Source of the DNA: Terriglobales bacterium
GTDB taxonomy: Bacteria; Acidobacteriota; Terriglobia; Terriglobales; SCQP01
Assembly (NCBI GenBank): GCA_050746205.1
Contig: JBOGKW010000002.1
Location: 1 to 60,942, forward strand
Reading direction: 5' to 3'
Length of the DNA stretch: 60,942 nt
Shown: positions 21,241 to 35,193 of the stretch, piece by piece
How the letters are laid out: the number at the start of each line of letters is the position of its first letter
Numbering within the stretch: the first letter of the stretch is position 1
Program-made: the position numbers and the translations under genes
The notes under the pieces: model-generated
What the model was told of the DNA's origin: nothing
What the model saw: the letters and a program-made list of their open reading frames with translations, nothing else
The model's database searches: none

Positions 21241-21325
21241 CCGGCGGGCACCTAAGACTTCAACATAGCACCGGCACAGCCAGGGTAAGGGGGCAGAGGA
21301 GGCAGCGGACGCAGCGAGCCTGGCC

Positions 21326-21697
21326 CTAACCCCCCTCTCTCAGCCCCACGGCGCGCAGCAGTTGATCCCTGGCGTCCAGCACCAGCGCGGCGGCGTGGCG
21401 GCTCTCCGCCGGCAGACCGCCGACGGCGGTCAGCAACTGGCGGCGCGAAAACGCCGCCAGGTCTCCCACTGGCCGCCCTTGCAGCAACTCGGTGAAGGCG
21501 GCCGCGCAGCCCATGGCCGCCACGCAACCGCGGGCCAAAAAGCGCAGCTCCGTAATTCGCCCGTCCGCAACGCGCAGCGTCAGCACGAGGTGATCACCGC
21601 AGACCGGATTTTCGACTTCCGCCCGCGCGCTGGCGGGAGACACCACGCCCGCCCAGGAGGCGCGGGCAAAATACGCCCGTAACTGGTCAGGGATCAT
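21326..21697 (-). CDS. IscU/NifU-N-like Fe-S scaffold-domain protein (variant Cys pattern)
   Basis: NPVCGD and RGC match IscU Cys37/Cys63 positions. The position of IscU Cys106 reads HAAAL, and an extra Cys is present in AAMGCAAA. Confidence 0.6.
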   Translation of the reverse strand: MIPDQLRAYFARASWAGVVSPASARAEVENPVCGDHLVLTLRVADGRITELRFLARGCVAAMGCAAAFTELLQGRPVGDLAAFSRRQLLTAVGGLPAESRHAAALVLDARDQLLRAVGLREGG

Positions 21698-21808
21698 GGC
21701 TCCGCCTCCACGGGCGTGCGCTGCGGCCTGACCTCCGTCCCACCGGTGGCGGTTGCGGAATGGCGCATCTTAGCCCAATAATCGAGGTGAGGCCGATACC
21801 GACACCCC

Positions 21809-23086
21809 GTGCCCGCGCTGGACTGCCAACGAACCGTAGAGGTCGAGATCCCTTCCGCCGAAGTGGAACGCGAGTACGGCCGCATCGCCCGCGATCTGCA
21901 AAAAAAGGCCCGCCTGCCGGGCTTCCGCCCTGGCAAGGCCCCGCTTTCATTGGTGCAACAGCGGTTTGCCGGGCGAATTCGCGAGGAAGTGCTGGACACC
22001 ATGTTGCCGGCCTACTTGCGCAGCGCCCTGGAGCGGGAAAAGGTCGAACCGGTTTCCCGCCCCGCCATCGAAGACCTCCATTTTCACCCAGGTGAGGCGA
22101 TTCGGTTCAAGGCCCGGGTCGAAGTGGTGCCGCCCTTCGAACTCGGCGATTACCGGCAGGTGAAGATTGCCTCGGTGGTGCCGGCGGAAACCCCGGTGGA
22201 GGAGGCGGTGGACACCGCCTTGGACCAGCTTCGCCACGACAAAGCCGTCGCCGAGGAGGTGACGGACCCGGAGGCGCGGGCGGCGAGCGGCTTGATCGCA
22301 CTGGTCAGTTCGGACCAAACCGTCGAGGGCGCCACCACCACCCATGTCGACAAGCTGCCCATCCGCGTCGGGGCCGAGGAGACGCTTCCGGAGTTCTCCC
22401 AGGGGCTGGAAGGCGCGGCGGTGGGTGACACGCGTCCCGTCGTGGTCCGCTATCCCGACAACTACGGCAGCGCCGAGGTGGCGGGCAAGACGGTGCGCTT
22501 CGAACTGCGGGTGCTCGCGCTGCAACGCGAGATCATCCCGCCCATGGACGATGCCTTGGCCCGGCAGTTCCTCGGCGCCGCCGACCTGAACGATTTGCGC
22601 GCCAAGCTGCGGCAGAGCATTGAAGCCGAGCGCCAACGCCGGAAAGCGGCGGAGGAACGCGAGCAGGTGGGCCAGCAGTTAGTCAAGATGCATGACTTTC
22701 CCGTTCCCGCTGCGCTGGTCGAGGAGCAGGTGGAACGGAGGATGCAGCGCGAGGCCCGCCGCCTGGCGGCCCAGGGCGTGGACCCGGCACAGGTGGACTG
22801 GAACCAGGCTCGGCCGGCGGTGCGCGAGACGGCCGCCGATGCGGTGAAGCTAGGATTGATTCTGGACCGCATTGCGACCGCCGAGGGAGTAGCGGCATCA
22901 GATGAGGAGATTGAGCAGGAACTGGAGCGCTGGGCCGAGCGTTTGCGCCAACCGCTGGAGGCAGTGCGGCGCCGCCTGGCCGCCAACGGCACGCTGGAGA
23001 CGCTGCGCGCCGATATCCGGCAGGATAAAACGCTGGACTACGTGATGGGCGTGGCCGGGCGCGAGGCGCCGCCGCCCGCATCCTAA
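21809..23086 (+). CDS. tig: Trigger factor
   Basis: Ribosome-binding signature GFRPGKAP, 425 aa, GTG start, directly upstream of clpP-clpX-lon. Confidence 0.9.
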   Translation: MPALDCQRTVEVEIPSAEVEREYGRIARDLQKKARLPGFRPGKAPLSLVQQRFAGRIREEVLDTMLPAYLRSALEREKVEPVSRPAIEDLHFHPGEAIRFKARVEVVPPFELGDYRQVKIASVVPAETPVEEAVDTALDQLRHDKAVAEEVTDPEARAASGLIALVSSDQTVEGATTTHVDKLPIRVGAEETLPEFSQGLEGAAVGDTRPVVVRYPDNYGSAEVAGKTVRFELRVLALQREIIPPMDDALARQFLGAADLNDLRAKLRQSIEAERQRRKAAEEREQVGQQLVKMHDFPVPAALVEEQVERRMQREARRLAAQGVDPAQVDWNQARPAVRETAADAVKLGLILDRIATAEGVAASDEEIEQELERWAERLRQPLEAVRRRLAANGTLETLRADIRQDKTLDYVMGVAGREAPPPAS

Positions 23087-23141
23087 CCGCCGCGTCTCAC
23101 CGCTGGATCCGCCGACCACGCCGCCCGCAAAGCGAACACCC

Positions 23142-23810
23142 ATGAACCTCTACGACGATCCTTTCCCCAGCCCTCCGCTGGCGCATCCCACGCCCCACGC
23201 CGCCGGCTGGGCGCCGCCCCAGGCGGCCTTGGTGCCGATGGTGGTGGAACAAACCAGCCGCGGCGAGCGCGCCTACGACATTTACTCCCGTCTGCTGCGC
23301 GACAACATCATCTTCATCGGCACACCGATTGACGACGCCATCGCCAATCTGGTCACCGCCCAGCTGCTGTTTCTGGAGGCGGAGGACCCGGACAAGGACA
23401 TCTCCCTTTACATCAATAGCCCCGGCGGTTCCATCACCTCCGGCATGGCCATCTACGACACCATGCAGTTCATTCGGCCCGATGTCACCACCATCTGCAT
23501 CGGCCAGGCCGCCAGCATGGCGGCGCTGCTGCTGGCGGCCGGGGCGCCCAGCAAGCGCTTTGCCCTACCCAACTCGCGCATCCTGATTCACCAGCCATCG
23601 ATGGGCGGACTCTCGGGCCAGGCGACAGATATTGACATCCACGCGCGGGAGATCTTGCGCATGCGCGAGATCACCAACCAGATCCTGGCCAAGCACAGCG
23701 GGCAGACGCTGGAAAAGGTGGGCAAGGATGTCGAGCGCGACTTCATCATGGACGCGCCCCAGGCCAAGCAGTACGGCATCGTGGACGATATTATTTTCCA
23801 ACATAAATAA
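23142..23810 (+). CDS. clpP: ATP-dependent Clp protease proteolytic subunit
   Basis: [24 protein letters not shown], active-site GQAASMAA and IHQP. About 30-aa N-terminal pro-region. Confidence 0.95.
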   Translation: MNLYDDPFPSPPLAHPTPHAAGWAPPQAALVPMVVEQTSRGERAYDIYSRLLRDNIIFIGTPIDDAIANLVTAQLLFLEAEDPDKDISLYINSPGGSITSGMAIYDTMQFIRPDVTTICIGQAASMAALLLAAGAPSKRFALPNSRILIHQPSMGGLSGQATDIDIHAREILRMREITNQILAKHSGQTLEKVGKDVERDFIMDAPQAKQYGIVDDIIFQHK

Positions 23811-24091
23811 TCGCCGGGTGGCTGCGGCGGGGCCGGCTGATGGTAAAATCCGGCTATTCACCTCGTCTGCCTAAGCCCCACTACGGTAGCGACGGAAGCA
23901 GCCTGCGCCTGGCCTAAGATCCCATCAGCAAAGGACTTGGACGCTTCCATGCGGACGCAAAACGCCAACGCCGGCGCAGCGGCAGGAGCAAGCGCAAGAG
24001 CAAGGCCCAGCAAGCGCACCAGATTCGAGGCATCCCGCCGGGTACTGGCCCCACAGCCAGGACCGGCGGGAGAGGGGGAGATTTAGCCACC

Positions 24092-25372
<1,281 letters not shown>

Positions 25373-25475
25373 ATCCCGGGCCTCGAATCCCGCCCTGGTC
25401 CGGATGTGCCGCAGGCCTCGGCCCGCGGGGTAATATCGAACTCAGGGGCCCTGCGCGGCCCCAACGCTGTTGCTT

Positions 25476-27884
<2,409 letters not shown>

Positions 27885-28096
27885 CCGCGGGTGTGCCGAC
27901 TTTCTTCGGAACCACCGCCGCACGGCGCGCGGATGTCAGGCCCGTCCAGCCGTATATCTTCAGCGCGGCGCTCGCGGCGGACGGCATGTGGACGGGATTC
28001 CATCGCCGAGGCTCCCTCGCCTTCACCATTACCGCCATCCCCGGCGAGGTGGAATCCTCGGTCCCCGCCTCCCACTAAGCGCGGCGCGGCCGCAGC

Positions 28097-28201
28097 CCCG
28101 CGGCGGCAGCGACCCGCGGGAAAGGCGTCCTCATCTGTCGGTTGGCAGCCGAGACGGCTGCCCCACGAGAGCCGCCCGTAGGACAGGCGTCCTCGCCTGT
28201 C
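28097..28201. repeat. Cluster of short GC hairpins in the lon/ftsW convergent spacer
   Basis: CCCGCGG-N10-CCGCGGG (28097-28120), GGCAGCC-GAGAC-GGCTGCC (28144-28162), GACAGGCG-TCCT-CGCCTGTC (28182-28201), plus a degenerate copy GAAAGGCGTCCTCATCTGTC (28120-28139). Confidence 0.7.
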
Positions 28202-28355
28202 GAAGATCCGGCAGCCTCGGGAATGCTGCGTTCGGGCGCCCAATTCCTTCGAGACAAAGGCTCAGCCATGCAACATCCCGTGCCCTGCGCCGGCTCGTTC
28301 GCGGTGAGGTCCAAACCCCCAACCAGAGGCCCGACCAAATCCAAAACCGCCCGCC

Positions 28356-29444
28356 CTACCCACAGTGCTGGCTAATGTTGAGCAGCACGCCGGTGGCGGC
28401 GAGGGTGGCGATCAGGGAAGAGCTGCCGTAGCTGATGAACGGCAGGGCGATGCCCTTGGTGGGCATCAGGCCGGTGACCACGCTGAAGTTGATCAGCGCC
28501 TCGATGGCCACCATGGCGGTGATGCCGGCGGCCATGAGGCGGCCAAACGCATCCGGCGCCCGGCGGGCCACGCGCAAACCGCGGGCCATGAACAAGGCAA
28601 ACAGCAACACGACGGCCACGGCGCCGATCAGGCCCAGTTCCTCGCTGGTGACGGCGAAAATGAAATCCGTATGCGGATCGGGCAAAAAGAACAGCTTTTG
28701 CCGCCCGTCCATCAGGCCCAGCCCGGTCAGGCCGCCGCTACCAACGGCGATGAGCGACTGGACGATCTGAAAGCCGACACCTTGGGCGTGGGCCCAGGGA
28801 TGCACAAACGCCAAAATGCGCTCGCGGCGGTAGGGCACACGAAACACGGCCCAATATAGGACCGGCGCCGCCGCCGCCGCGCCCAGGGCGAAATAGCGCC
28901 AGCGCAGGCCGGCGATGTAGAGCATTACCGCCGCGATCAGCGCCAGAGCAATGGTGGTGCCCAGATCCGGCTCCAGCAACACCAGGCCGCAGACCAGCGC
29001 CAGATAGAACAGCACCGGGCGGAGCGAGCGCCAATGCTCCAGCGCGTTGCAGCGCGACTCCAAATACCAGGCGAAGAACAGAATCAGCGTCGGTTTGGCG
29101 ACCTCCGAGGGCTGGAAGGAGATGGGGCCGAGCAGGATCCAGCGATGGGCGTTATGGCTGCGGGCGAGAAAGAAGACCAACACCAGCGCAGCCAGGGTAA
29201 CGAACAGGGCGGGATAGACGATCAGCGGCGTGTTGAGGCGGCGATAATCGAAGCGCATCAGCGCCCACATGAGGGCCAGGCCGATAACCGCGCCGATCAA
29301 CTGGCGGAAGAGGAAGAAGTAGGGCGAGTGCGACCGCTCCATGGAAACCATGGCGGAGGCGGAAAACACCATGACCAGGCCGAAGGCGACGAGGAGCAGC
29401 GTCACCACGAACAGCACCCGGTCGTAGGCCAAGCGTTGCGGCAT
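28356..29444 (-). CDS. ftsW: SEDS-family peptidoglycan glycosyltransferase FtsW
   Basis: Multi-TM SEDS protein (LPDPHTDFIFAV; LPTKGIALPFISYGSSS) immediately downstream of murD in the dcw cluster. Confidence 0.9.
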   Translation of the reverse strand: MPQRLAYDRVLFVVTLLLVAFGLVMVFSASAMVSMERSHSPYFFLFRQLIGAVIGLALMWALMRFDYRRLNTPLIVYPALFVTLAALVLVFFLARSHNAHRWILLGPISFQPSEVAKPTLILFFAWYLESRCNALEHWRSLRPVLFYLALVCGLVLLEPDLGTTIALALIAAVMLYIAGLRWRYFALGAAAAAPVLYWAVFRVPYRRERILAFVHPWAHAQGVGFQIVQSLIAVGSGGLTGLGLMDGRQKLFFLPDPHTDFIFAVTSEELGLIGAVAVVLLFALFMARGLRVARRAPDAFGRLMAAGITAMVAIEALINFSVVTGLMPTKGIALPFISYGSSSLIATLAATGVLLNISQHCG

Positions 29445-29451
29445 GGGGCGG

Positions 29452-30891
29452 CTAGGCGGGGGCGGCCAGGGCGCGGCGCGCCACCCACTCCTTGAAGACG
29501 CGGCCGCGGTGCTGGTAGTTCTCGAACTGGTCGAAGCTGGAGCAGGCGGGGGCCAACAGCACCGTGTCGCCGGCTTGCGCGCGCGCGGCCGCCATCTCCA
29601 GCGCCCGCTCCAGCGTGCCGGCCGAAATCAACCGCTCGCCGAGCGGCGCCAGTTGGCGGGCGATCTTGCCGGCGGCGGCGCCAATCAGCAGGACGCCGTG
29701 GGCGCGCTGCCGCAACGGGGCCAACAGGGCGTCGTAATCGCCGCCCTTATCCTTGCCGCCGAGGATAACCCACAGGCCGCCGGGAAAGGACTCGATGGAC
29801 TTGAGCGTGGCGTCCACATTGGTGGCCTTGGAGTCGTTGAAATACTCCACGCCCTCGAGCTTGGCCACGAACTCCAGGCGATGCTCCACCGCCCGGAAGC
29901 TGGCCACACCGGCGGCGATGCCGGCCGCGATCCGCCGCCTCGCCTCGGGCTGGGCCGTGGGCAGGCCGCAGGCCAGCGCGGCGATGGCGCAGGCAGCCAG
30001 CACGTTTTCCACGTTGTGCGCGCCGCGCAGCGGGATCTGCTCGCGGCGCAACAGCTTAATCGCGCCGCCGCCGCTGGGCCCAGCCGGCTCGCGCCACACC
30101 AGGTGATCCCCTTCCAGGACGGCGCCCCCGCTCCCACCGGGTAGCGGACCGTCGGCGGCGAACCATCTCACCGCGGGGCCTCCGGACGGGGCGGTCAGCG
30201 CCTGGGCATAGCGGCGGCAGTATTCGTCGCCAGAGTTCAGGACAGCGAAGTCGGCGGTGGTTTGGTTGCCAAAGATGCGCTGCTTGGCTGCGGCGTAGGC
30301 CTCCATGCTGCCGTGCCGATCGAGATGGTCGGGGCTAAGGTTCAGGACCACGGCGATACGGGCGTGAAAGCGCTCCGCGGTTTCCAACTGGAAGCTCGAC
30401 AACTCCGCCACCACCCACTCGCCCTCATCCGCCTCCTCGACCAAGGAAATCAACGGCGTGCCGATGTTGCCGCCGACCCGCGCCGGCAGGCCTACCCCGG
30501 CCAGCAGGTGGCCCGTGAGCGCCGTCGTGGTGGTTTTGCCGTTGGAGCCGGTAATGGCTATCAGCGGGCCGCGGAGAAAGCGCGCGGCTAGCTCGACCTC
30601 ACCAATCACGGGTATCTGCTCGCGCCGGGCGCGAGCCAGGACGGGCAGTTCCGAGGGCACGCCGGGACTGACCACGATGAGGTCGGCCGTGAGAAAGGTG
30701 CGCTCGCGGTGGCCGCCGGTTTCGATCGCCACCCCCGCCTCCAGCAGCCGCGGGATCTCGGCGCGCAGTTGTTCGGCCGGGCGCAGCTCGCTGATGACCA
30801 CCCGCGCGCCGTGGCGCCGCAAGAATAACGCCGTCGCCATGCCGCTGGCAGCCATGCCGACCACGGAAACTTGTTTGCCTTGCAGCTCCAT
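29452..30891 (-). CDS. murD: UDP-N-acetylmuramoylalanine--D-glutamate ligase
   Basis: Mur ligase motifs (ITGSNGKTTT) and dcw cluster position. Confidence 0.9.
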   Translation of the reverse strand: MELQGKQVSVVGMAASGMATALFLRRHGARVVISELRPAEQLRAEIPRLLEAGVAIETGGHRERTFLTADLIVVSPGVPSELPVLARARREQIPVIGEVELAARFLRGPLIAITGSNGKTTTTALTGHLLAGVGLPARVGGNIGTPLISLVEEADEGEWVVAELSSFQLETAERFHARIAVVLNLSPDHLDRHGSMEAYAAAKQRIFGNQTTADFAVLNSGDEYCRRYAQALTAPSGGPAVRWFAADGPLPGGSGGAVLEGDHLVWREPAGPSGGGAIKLLRREQIPLRGAHNVENVLAACAIAALACGLPTAQPEARRRIAAGIAAGVASFRAVEHRLEFVAKLEGVEYFNDSKATNVDATLKSIESFPGGLWVILGGKDKGGDYDALLAPLRQRAHGVLLIGAAAGKIARQLAPLGERLISAGTLERALEMAAARAQAGDTVLLAPACSSFDQFENYQHRGRVFKEWVARRALAAPA

Positions 30892-30902
30892 GGCGGCTCC
30901 TT

Positions 30903-32033
30903 CTAGCGCAGCTTCAGGGTGGTCAGCGCGAACAAGGCGAATACGCCGCTAAGGATCCAGAAGCGGGCGATGATCTTGGGCTCGCTCCAGCCCAGTTGCT
31001 CGAAGTGATGATGCAGGGGAGCCATTTTAAATACCCGCTTGCCGCGCATTTTGTAGCTGCCGACTTGAATCATCACCGACAGCGCCTCCAGCAGGAAGAT
31101 GCCGCCGATGAAGGGCAGCAACAGTTCCTGTCGGATGATAACCGCGACCGTGCCGATGGCCCCGCCCAGGGCCAGCGAGCCGACGTCGCCCATGAAGATC
31201 TGCGCCGGATGGGCGTTGTACCACAGGAAGCCGATGCTGGCGCCGACCATGGCCCCGCAGAAGACCGCCAGCTCGGCCACCATCGGCTCGCGTCCCAGCT
31301 CGAGATAGGTGGCCAGCACGGCGTTGCCGGAGATGTAGGTCAGGACGGTGAGCGCGCCGGCGGTGATAATGGTGCAGCCAATGGCCAGCCCGTCCAGGCC
31401 GTCGGTCAGGTTCACCGCGTTGCTGCTACCGACGATGATGAAGGCGACGAAAACGATGAACGGCGCGAAGGCGAGAAGAAACAAGCCGTGGTGCAGCAGG
31501 CCGGCAAAAATCAGCGTGGGGCGAAAATGCTTGAAGAACGGGACGACCAACTGCGTTGAGTAGCTGCCGCCGGTGGCCATGGCGGCCAAGATCGCGCCGA
31601 TCACCGCGGCGATGATCAGCTGCAGGCCGAACTTTTGCCGCGACGTGAGGCCCAGATTGCGCCGCCGCCGCAGCTTGGCGAAGTCGTCCACGAAGCCGAT
31701 CAGGCCGAAGGCCACCACCGAGAGCATGGCGATCCAGACGAAGGGATCGCGCAAGTCGGCCCAAAGAAGGGTGGGCACCAAGATGGCGATGTTGATCAGC
31801 ACGCCGCCCATGGTCGGGGTGCCCGCCTTCTTCTGGTGGGACTTCGGCCCTTCCTCGCGAATGAACTGTCCGATCTGGAACTCCTGCAGGCGGGCGATCA
31901 GCCAGGGGCCGACGAAGATGGCGATGGCCATGGCCGTCAAGCTGGCAAAGGCGGTGCGGAAGGTCAGATACCGGAACAGCCGAAGGGCCGTGAAGTCGGT
32001 ATGCAGCTTGAGGTAGAAGAGCCAATACAGCAT
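30903..32033 (-). CDS. mraY: Phospho-N-acetylmuramoyl-pentapeptide transferase
   Basis: Polytopic membrane protein with HQKKAGTPTMGG, NAVNLTDGLDGLA and HHHFE motifs. Confidence 0.95.
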   Translation of the reverse strand: MLYWLFYLKLHTDFTALRLFRYLTFRTAFASLTAMAIAIFVGPWLIARLQEFQIGQFIREEGPKSHQKKAGTPTMGGVLINIAILVPTLLWADLRDPFVWIAMLSVVAFGLIGFVDDFAKLRRRRNLGLTSRQKFGLQLIIAAVIGAILAAMATGGSYSTQLVVPFFKHFRPTLIFAGLLHHGLFLLAFAPFIVFVAFIIVGSSNAVNLTDGLDGLAIGCTIITAGALTVLTYISGNAVLATYLELGREPMVAELAVFCGAMVGASIGFLWYNAHPAQIFMGDVGSLALGGAIGTVAVIIRQELLLPFIGGIFLLEALSVMIQVGSYKMRGKRVFKMAPLHHHFEQLGWSEPKIIARFWILSGVFALFALTTLKLR

Positions 32034-32068
32034 GGGCGATGGTCAGGGGCGATGGTCAGGGGCGATGG

Positions 32069-33538
32069 TCAGGATCCCAGCGACAATCCTGCGGTGGCGG
32101 TGGGAGCGGCCGAGTCCGGGCCCAAGATGGCGGCCAGGGCGCGCTCCAGGTGGACGCCGCGACTGGCCTTGGCCAGCACGACGTCGCCGGGTTGCAGCAG
32201 GGCGGCCAAGCGGGGGCCGCAGTCCTCGGCGGCGGCGAAGAACTCGCCTTGCCCCTCGAAGCCGGCGGCCTGGGCGGCAGCCAGGATTTCTCGCGCCTCG
32301 CCGCCCACGGCCCAGAGCACCTCGATGCGCCGCTGAGCCACCAGCTCGCCGATGCGGCGGTGCCAGGCAGTAGCGGCGGGGCCCAGCTCGCGCATCTCCC
32401 CCGCTATCAGGATGCGGCGTGCGCCGGGCAGGCCGGCCAGCAGATTCACCATGCTCTCCAGCGCTGGGGGGTTGGAATTGTAACAGTCGTCAATGATGGT
32501 GGCGCCTCCGCGGTGCAGCACCCGGCCACGGCCGGCCGGGGGCGCGGTGCCCGCCAGCGCCAGCGCGGCCGGTTCGAGGGGAATGCCGAAGACCACGCCG
32601 GCGGCCAGAGCGGCGGCGGCGTTGCTGATGCTGTGGCGGGCCAGCAGCGGCAGCCGCACGCGGGCGCTGGCCCCAGCCACGCCGCCGTCGAAGGCCTGGG
32701 CAGTAAACTCGCTGCCGTCCAGTCCCAGCAGGCGGATGCCGCGGATGACCAGATCCAAGCGCCGTGGCGCTTCCCCGTTCTCGGCGCCCTCGCCGTGGCC
32801 CTCCAAACCATAGCGCAGCACGGAACCTGCAAAACCGGCCGAAAAGCGGGACACTAGCGGGTCGTCGGCGTTGAGCACCATGACGCCATGGGCCGGCAGC
32901 GCCAGCGCCAGCTCGCGCTTGGCCTCGGCGATGGCCTCCAGCGACGCGAAGTGGCCCAGGTGCACCGGTCCGACGTTGGTGAAGACCCCGACCTGCGGTT
33001 GGGCCAGTTCGGCCAGCCGGGCGATCTCGCCGACGTGGTTCATCCCCATCTCCAGCACGGCTAAGTCGTGGACCGGGCTGAGCCGCAGCAACGAGAGCGG
33101 CAGCCCGAGGTGGTTGTTCAGGTTGCCCTCGCTCTTCAGCACGCGGTAGCGCACCGACAGCACGCGGGCGATCATTTCCTTTGTGCTGGTCTTGCCGGAA
33201 GAGCCGGTGATGCCAATGATCGGCTTGCCCCAGCGGCGCCGCACCGCCTGGGCCAAGGCTTGCAGCGCGGCGACCGGATCCTCGACCGGCAGCAGGCGGC
33301 CGCGAAAGTTGGGGGCGAAACGGTCAAAGGCCCGGCGGGCGACCACTGCGCCGGCGGCGCCGGTGCCCAACGCCGAGAGCACGAAATCGTGGCCGTCCAC
33401 CCGCTCGCCGGGCAAGGCGAAGAACAGATCGCCCGGGCGGACAGTGCGGGAGTCGATGGAGTAGCCTTCCACCCGCCCTGCGTTGGCCGGCGGCGGGCAG
33501 TGGAGGACCTGCGCCGCTTCTGCCAGGGTCAGTTGCAT
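32069..33538 (-). CDS. murF: UDP-N-acetylmuramoyl-tripeptide--D-alanyl-D-alanine ligase
   Basis: GITGSSGKTSTKE and cluster position. Overlaps the murE stop by 10 nt. Confidence 0.9.
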   Translation of the reverse strand: MQLTLAEAAQVLHCPPPANAGRVEGYSIDSRTVRPGDLFFALPGERVDGHDFVLSALGTGAAGAVVARRAFDRFAPNFRGRLLPVEDPVAALQALAQAVRRRWGKPIIGITGSSGKTSTKEMIARVLSVRYRVLKSEGNLNNHLGLPLSLLRLSPVHDLAVLEMGMNHVGEIARLAELAQPQVGVFTNVGPVHLGHFASLEAIAEAKRELALALPAHGVMVLNADDPLVSRFSAGFAGSVLRYGLEGHGEGAENGEAPRRLDLVIRGIRLLGLDGSEFTAQAFDGGVAGASARVRLPLLARHSISNAAAALAAGVVFGIPLEPAALALAGTAPPAGRGRVLHRGGATIIDDCYNSNPPALESMVNLLAGLPGARRILIAGEMRELGPAATAWHRRIGELVAQRRIEVLWAVGGEAREILAAAQAAGFEGQGEFFAAAEDCGPRLAALLQPGDVVLAKASRGVHLERALAAILGPDSAAPTATAGLSLGS

Positions 33539-35193
33539 GCGCCGCCTTCCCGCGCCGCCGCCAAGGGCGCCGCGCCGCTGATGCGCCGCCAGGCCAGAGA
33601 GACCTCCTCGGCATCGTCGAAGTGGCGCTTTTCGTCTTTGACGATTTGAACGCGCTCATGGCCTTTGCCGGCCACCACCACCACATCTCCGTTGGCGGCG
33701 GCGCGCAGCGCCTTCTCAATGGCGGCGCGGCGGTCAGGCTCCTCAATCCAGCGGCGGCCCCGGGCGGCGGCGGCCGGCGCCAGACCGGCCACCACCTCCG
33801 CCAGGATGGCCTCCGGCGCCTCGCTGCGCGGGTTGTCGGAGGTGACCACCGCCAGATCCGCCAGCTCGGCGGCAATGGCGCCCATGCGCGGGCGCTTGCC
33901 GCGGTCGCGGTCGCCGCCGCAGCCGAAGACCACGATCACCTGCCGCGCTGCCGCCAGCTCCCGCGCCAGGCGCAGCACATTGGCCAGCGCGTCCGGGGTG
34001 TGGGCGTAGTCCACCACCACAGCGAAGGGCTGTCCCGCGGCGACGCGCTGGAACCGCCCGGGCACCGGCGGCGCGGCTTCCAAGCCGCGCACCAGAGCCT
34101 CCGGGGGCAGCCCCAAGGCCAACCCGGCCCCGAACGCCGCCAGCGTGTTGAGCACGTTCACCCGCGCCAGCAAGGGGCTGGCGATCACGCCGGTCCAGCC
34201 ATCCGGAGCGCGCACCATGATGCGCTGGCCTGCCGGCGAGGCCTCGACGGCGGTGGCGCGGAGTTGCGCCGGCAACTCCGGCCCGTCCTCGCAGCCGTAG
34301 CCAATGCACGGTCCACCGTACCCGGCGACCATGGCGGCTGCGCTAGGATCCTCGACATTCACCACCGCCGCGAGTGGCGGGCCCGCACCGGCACCGGTGA
34401 ACAAGCGGCGCTTCGCCTCGCGGTAGGCCGCTAGCGTGCCGTGAAAGTCCAGGTGGTCCTGCGTCAAGTTGGTGAAGACGGCGGCCGCGAACCGGCAGCC
34501 CCAAACCCGCTCCATCACCAGCGCGTGCGAGCTGACCTCCAAGACCGCGGCGCGGCAGTCGGCCGCGGCCATCTCGGCCAGCAGCTCCTGCAGGTCGTAG
34601 GACTCCGGCGTCGTGTGCGGCGAAGCCAGGCGCTGACCGCCGATTTGATATTCGATCGTGCCCAGCAGCCCGGTCGGAATGCCGCACGCGCGCAGCGCGG
34701 CGGCGGCCAGCCAGGCGGTGGTGGTCTTGCCGTTGGTGCCGGTAATGCCGATCAGTTGCAGGCGCTCGCCGGGGCGGCCAAACCAGTTGGCAGAGAGCTG
34801 GGCCAGAGCGCGGCGGGCATTGGCGACTTGCAGCCATGCGACCTCAAGCTCCGGCGCGGGGGGGCGCTCGCTGACCACCAGCACCGCGCCGCGGCGGAGG
34901 GCTTCGGGGATGAAGCGGTGGCCGTCGGCGGCCTCGCCGGCGATGGCTACGAAGGCTTGCCCGGGCTGAACGCGACGAGAGTCGTAATGCAAACCGGCGG
35001 CGTCGCCGGGCGGATCACCGCGCCGGGAGCGAATTTCAACGTCCCGCCATAACTCCGGCCAGCGGCTGCGCCGCCGCCCCTCCTTGGACGGCGCTCCCGT
35101 TGGGAGCGCCTGCGGCTGAGCCTCGGCCGGTGGCAGCGGATGCGCGCGGGCGCTCGGAGCATCTCCAGGTTGCCGCGACATGGGAAATCTCAA
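33529..35193 (-). CDS. murE: UDP-N-acetylmuramoyl-L-alanyl-D-glutamate--2,6-diaminopimelate ligase (about 50-aa N-terminal extension; start uncertain)
   Basis: GITGTNGKTTT and a DNPR-like motif (SDNPRSE). The start may be TTG 35193 (overlapping the ftsI stop) or ATG 35181. Confidence 0.9.
   Translation of the reverse strand: MRFPMSRQPGDAPSARAHPLPPAEAQPQALPTGAPSKEGRRRSRWPELWRDVEIRSRRGDPPGDAAGLHYDSRRVQPGQAFVAIAGEAADGHRFIPEALRRGAVLVVSERPPAPELEVAWLQVANARRALAQLSANWFGRPGERLQLIGITGTNGKTTTAWLAAAALRACGIPTGLLGTIEYQIGGQRLASPHTTPESYDLQELLAEMAAADCRAAVLEVSSHALVMERVWGCRFAAAVFTNLTQDHLDFHGTLAAYREAKRRLFTGAGAGPPLAAVVNVEDPSAAAMVAGYGGPCIGYGCEDGPELPAQLRATAVEASPAGQRIMVRAPDGWTGVIASPLLARVNVLNTLAAFGAGLALGLPPEALVRGLEAAPPVPGRFQRVAAGQPFAVVVDYAHTPDALANVLRLARELAAARQVIVVFGCGGDRDRGKRPRMGAIAAELADLAVVTSDNPRSEAPEAILAEVVAGLAPAAAARGRRWIEEPDRRAAIEKALRAAANGDVVVVAGKGHERVQIVKDEKRHFDDAEEVSLAWRRISGAAPLAAAREGGACN

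Noticed and set aside
23811-24091. 281-nt clpP-clpX spacer containing CGGAAGCAGCC, reminiscent of the SRP RNA helix-8 motif. Also the 83-aa antisense ORF 23914-24165.
   Set aside because: The flanks do not form the GGAA-tetraloop helix with the symmetric and asymmetric loops of 4.5S/SRP RNA, and there is no complementary 3' strand. The ORF is low-complexity and overlaps the clpX start.
32565-32585. GGTTCGAGG string checked as a possible tRNA T-arm. More generally, the window was scanned by eye for tRNA, tmRNA or rRNA.
   Set aside because: It lies inside murF with no acceptor or anticodon-stem context. No intergenic segment showed a cloverleaf-compatible arrangement. The by-eye scan is not exhaustive, so tRNAscan-SE or Infernal would be decisive.
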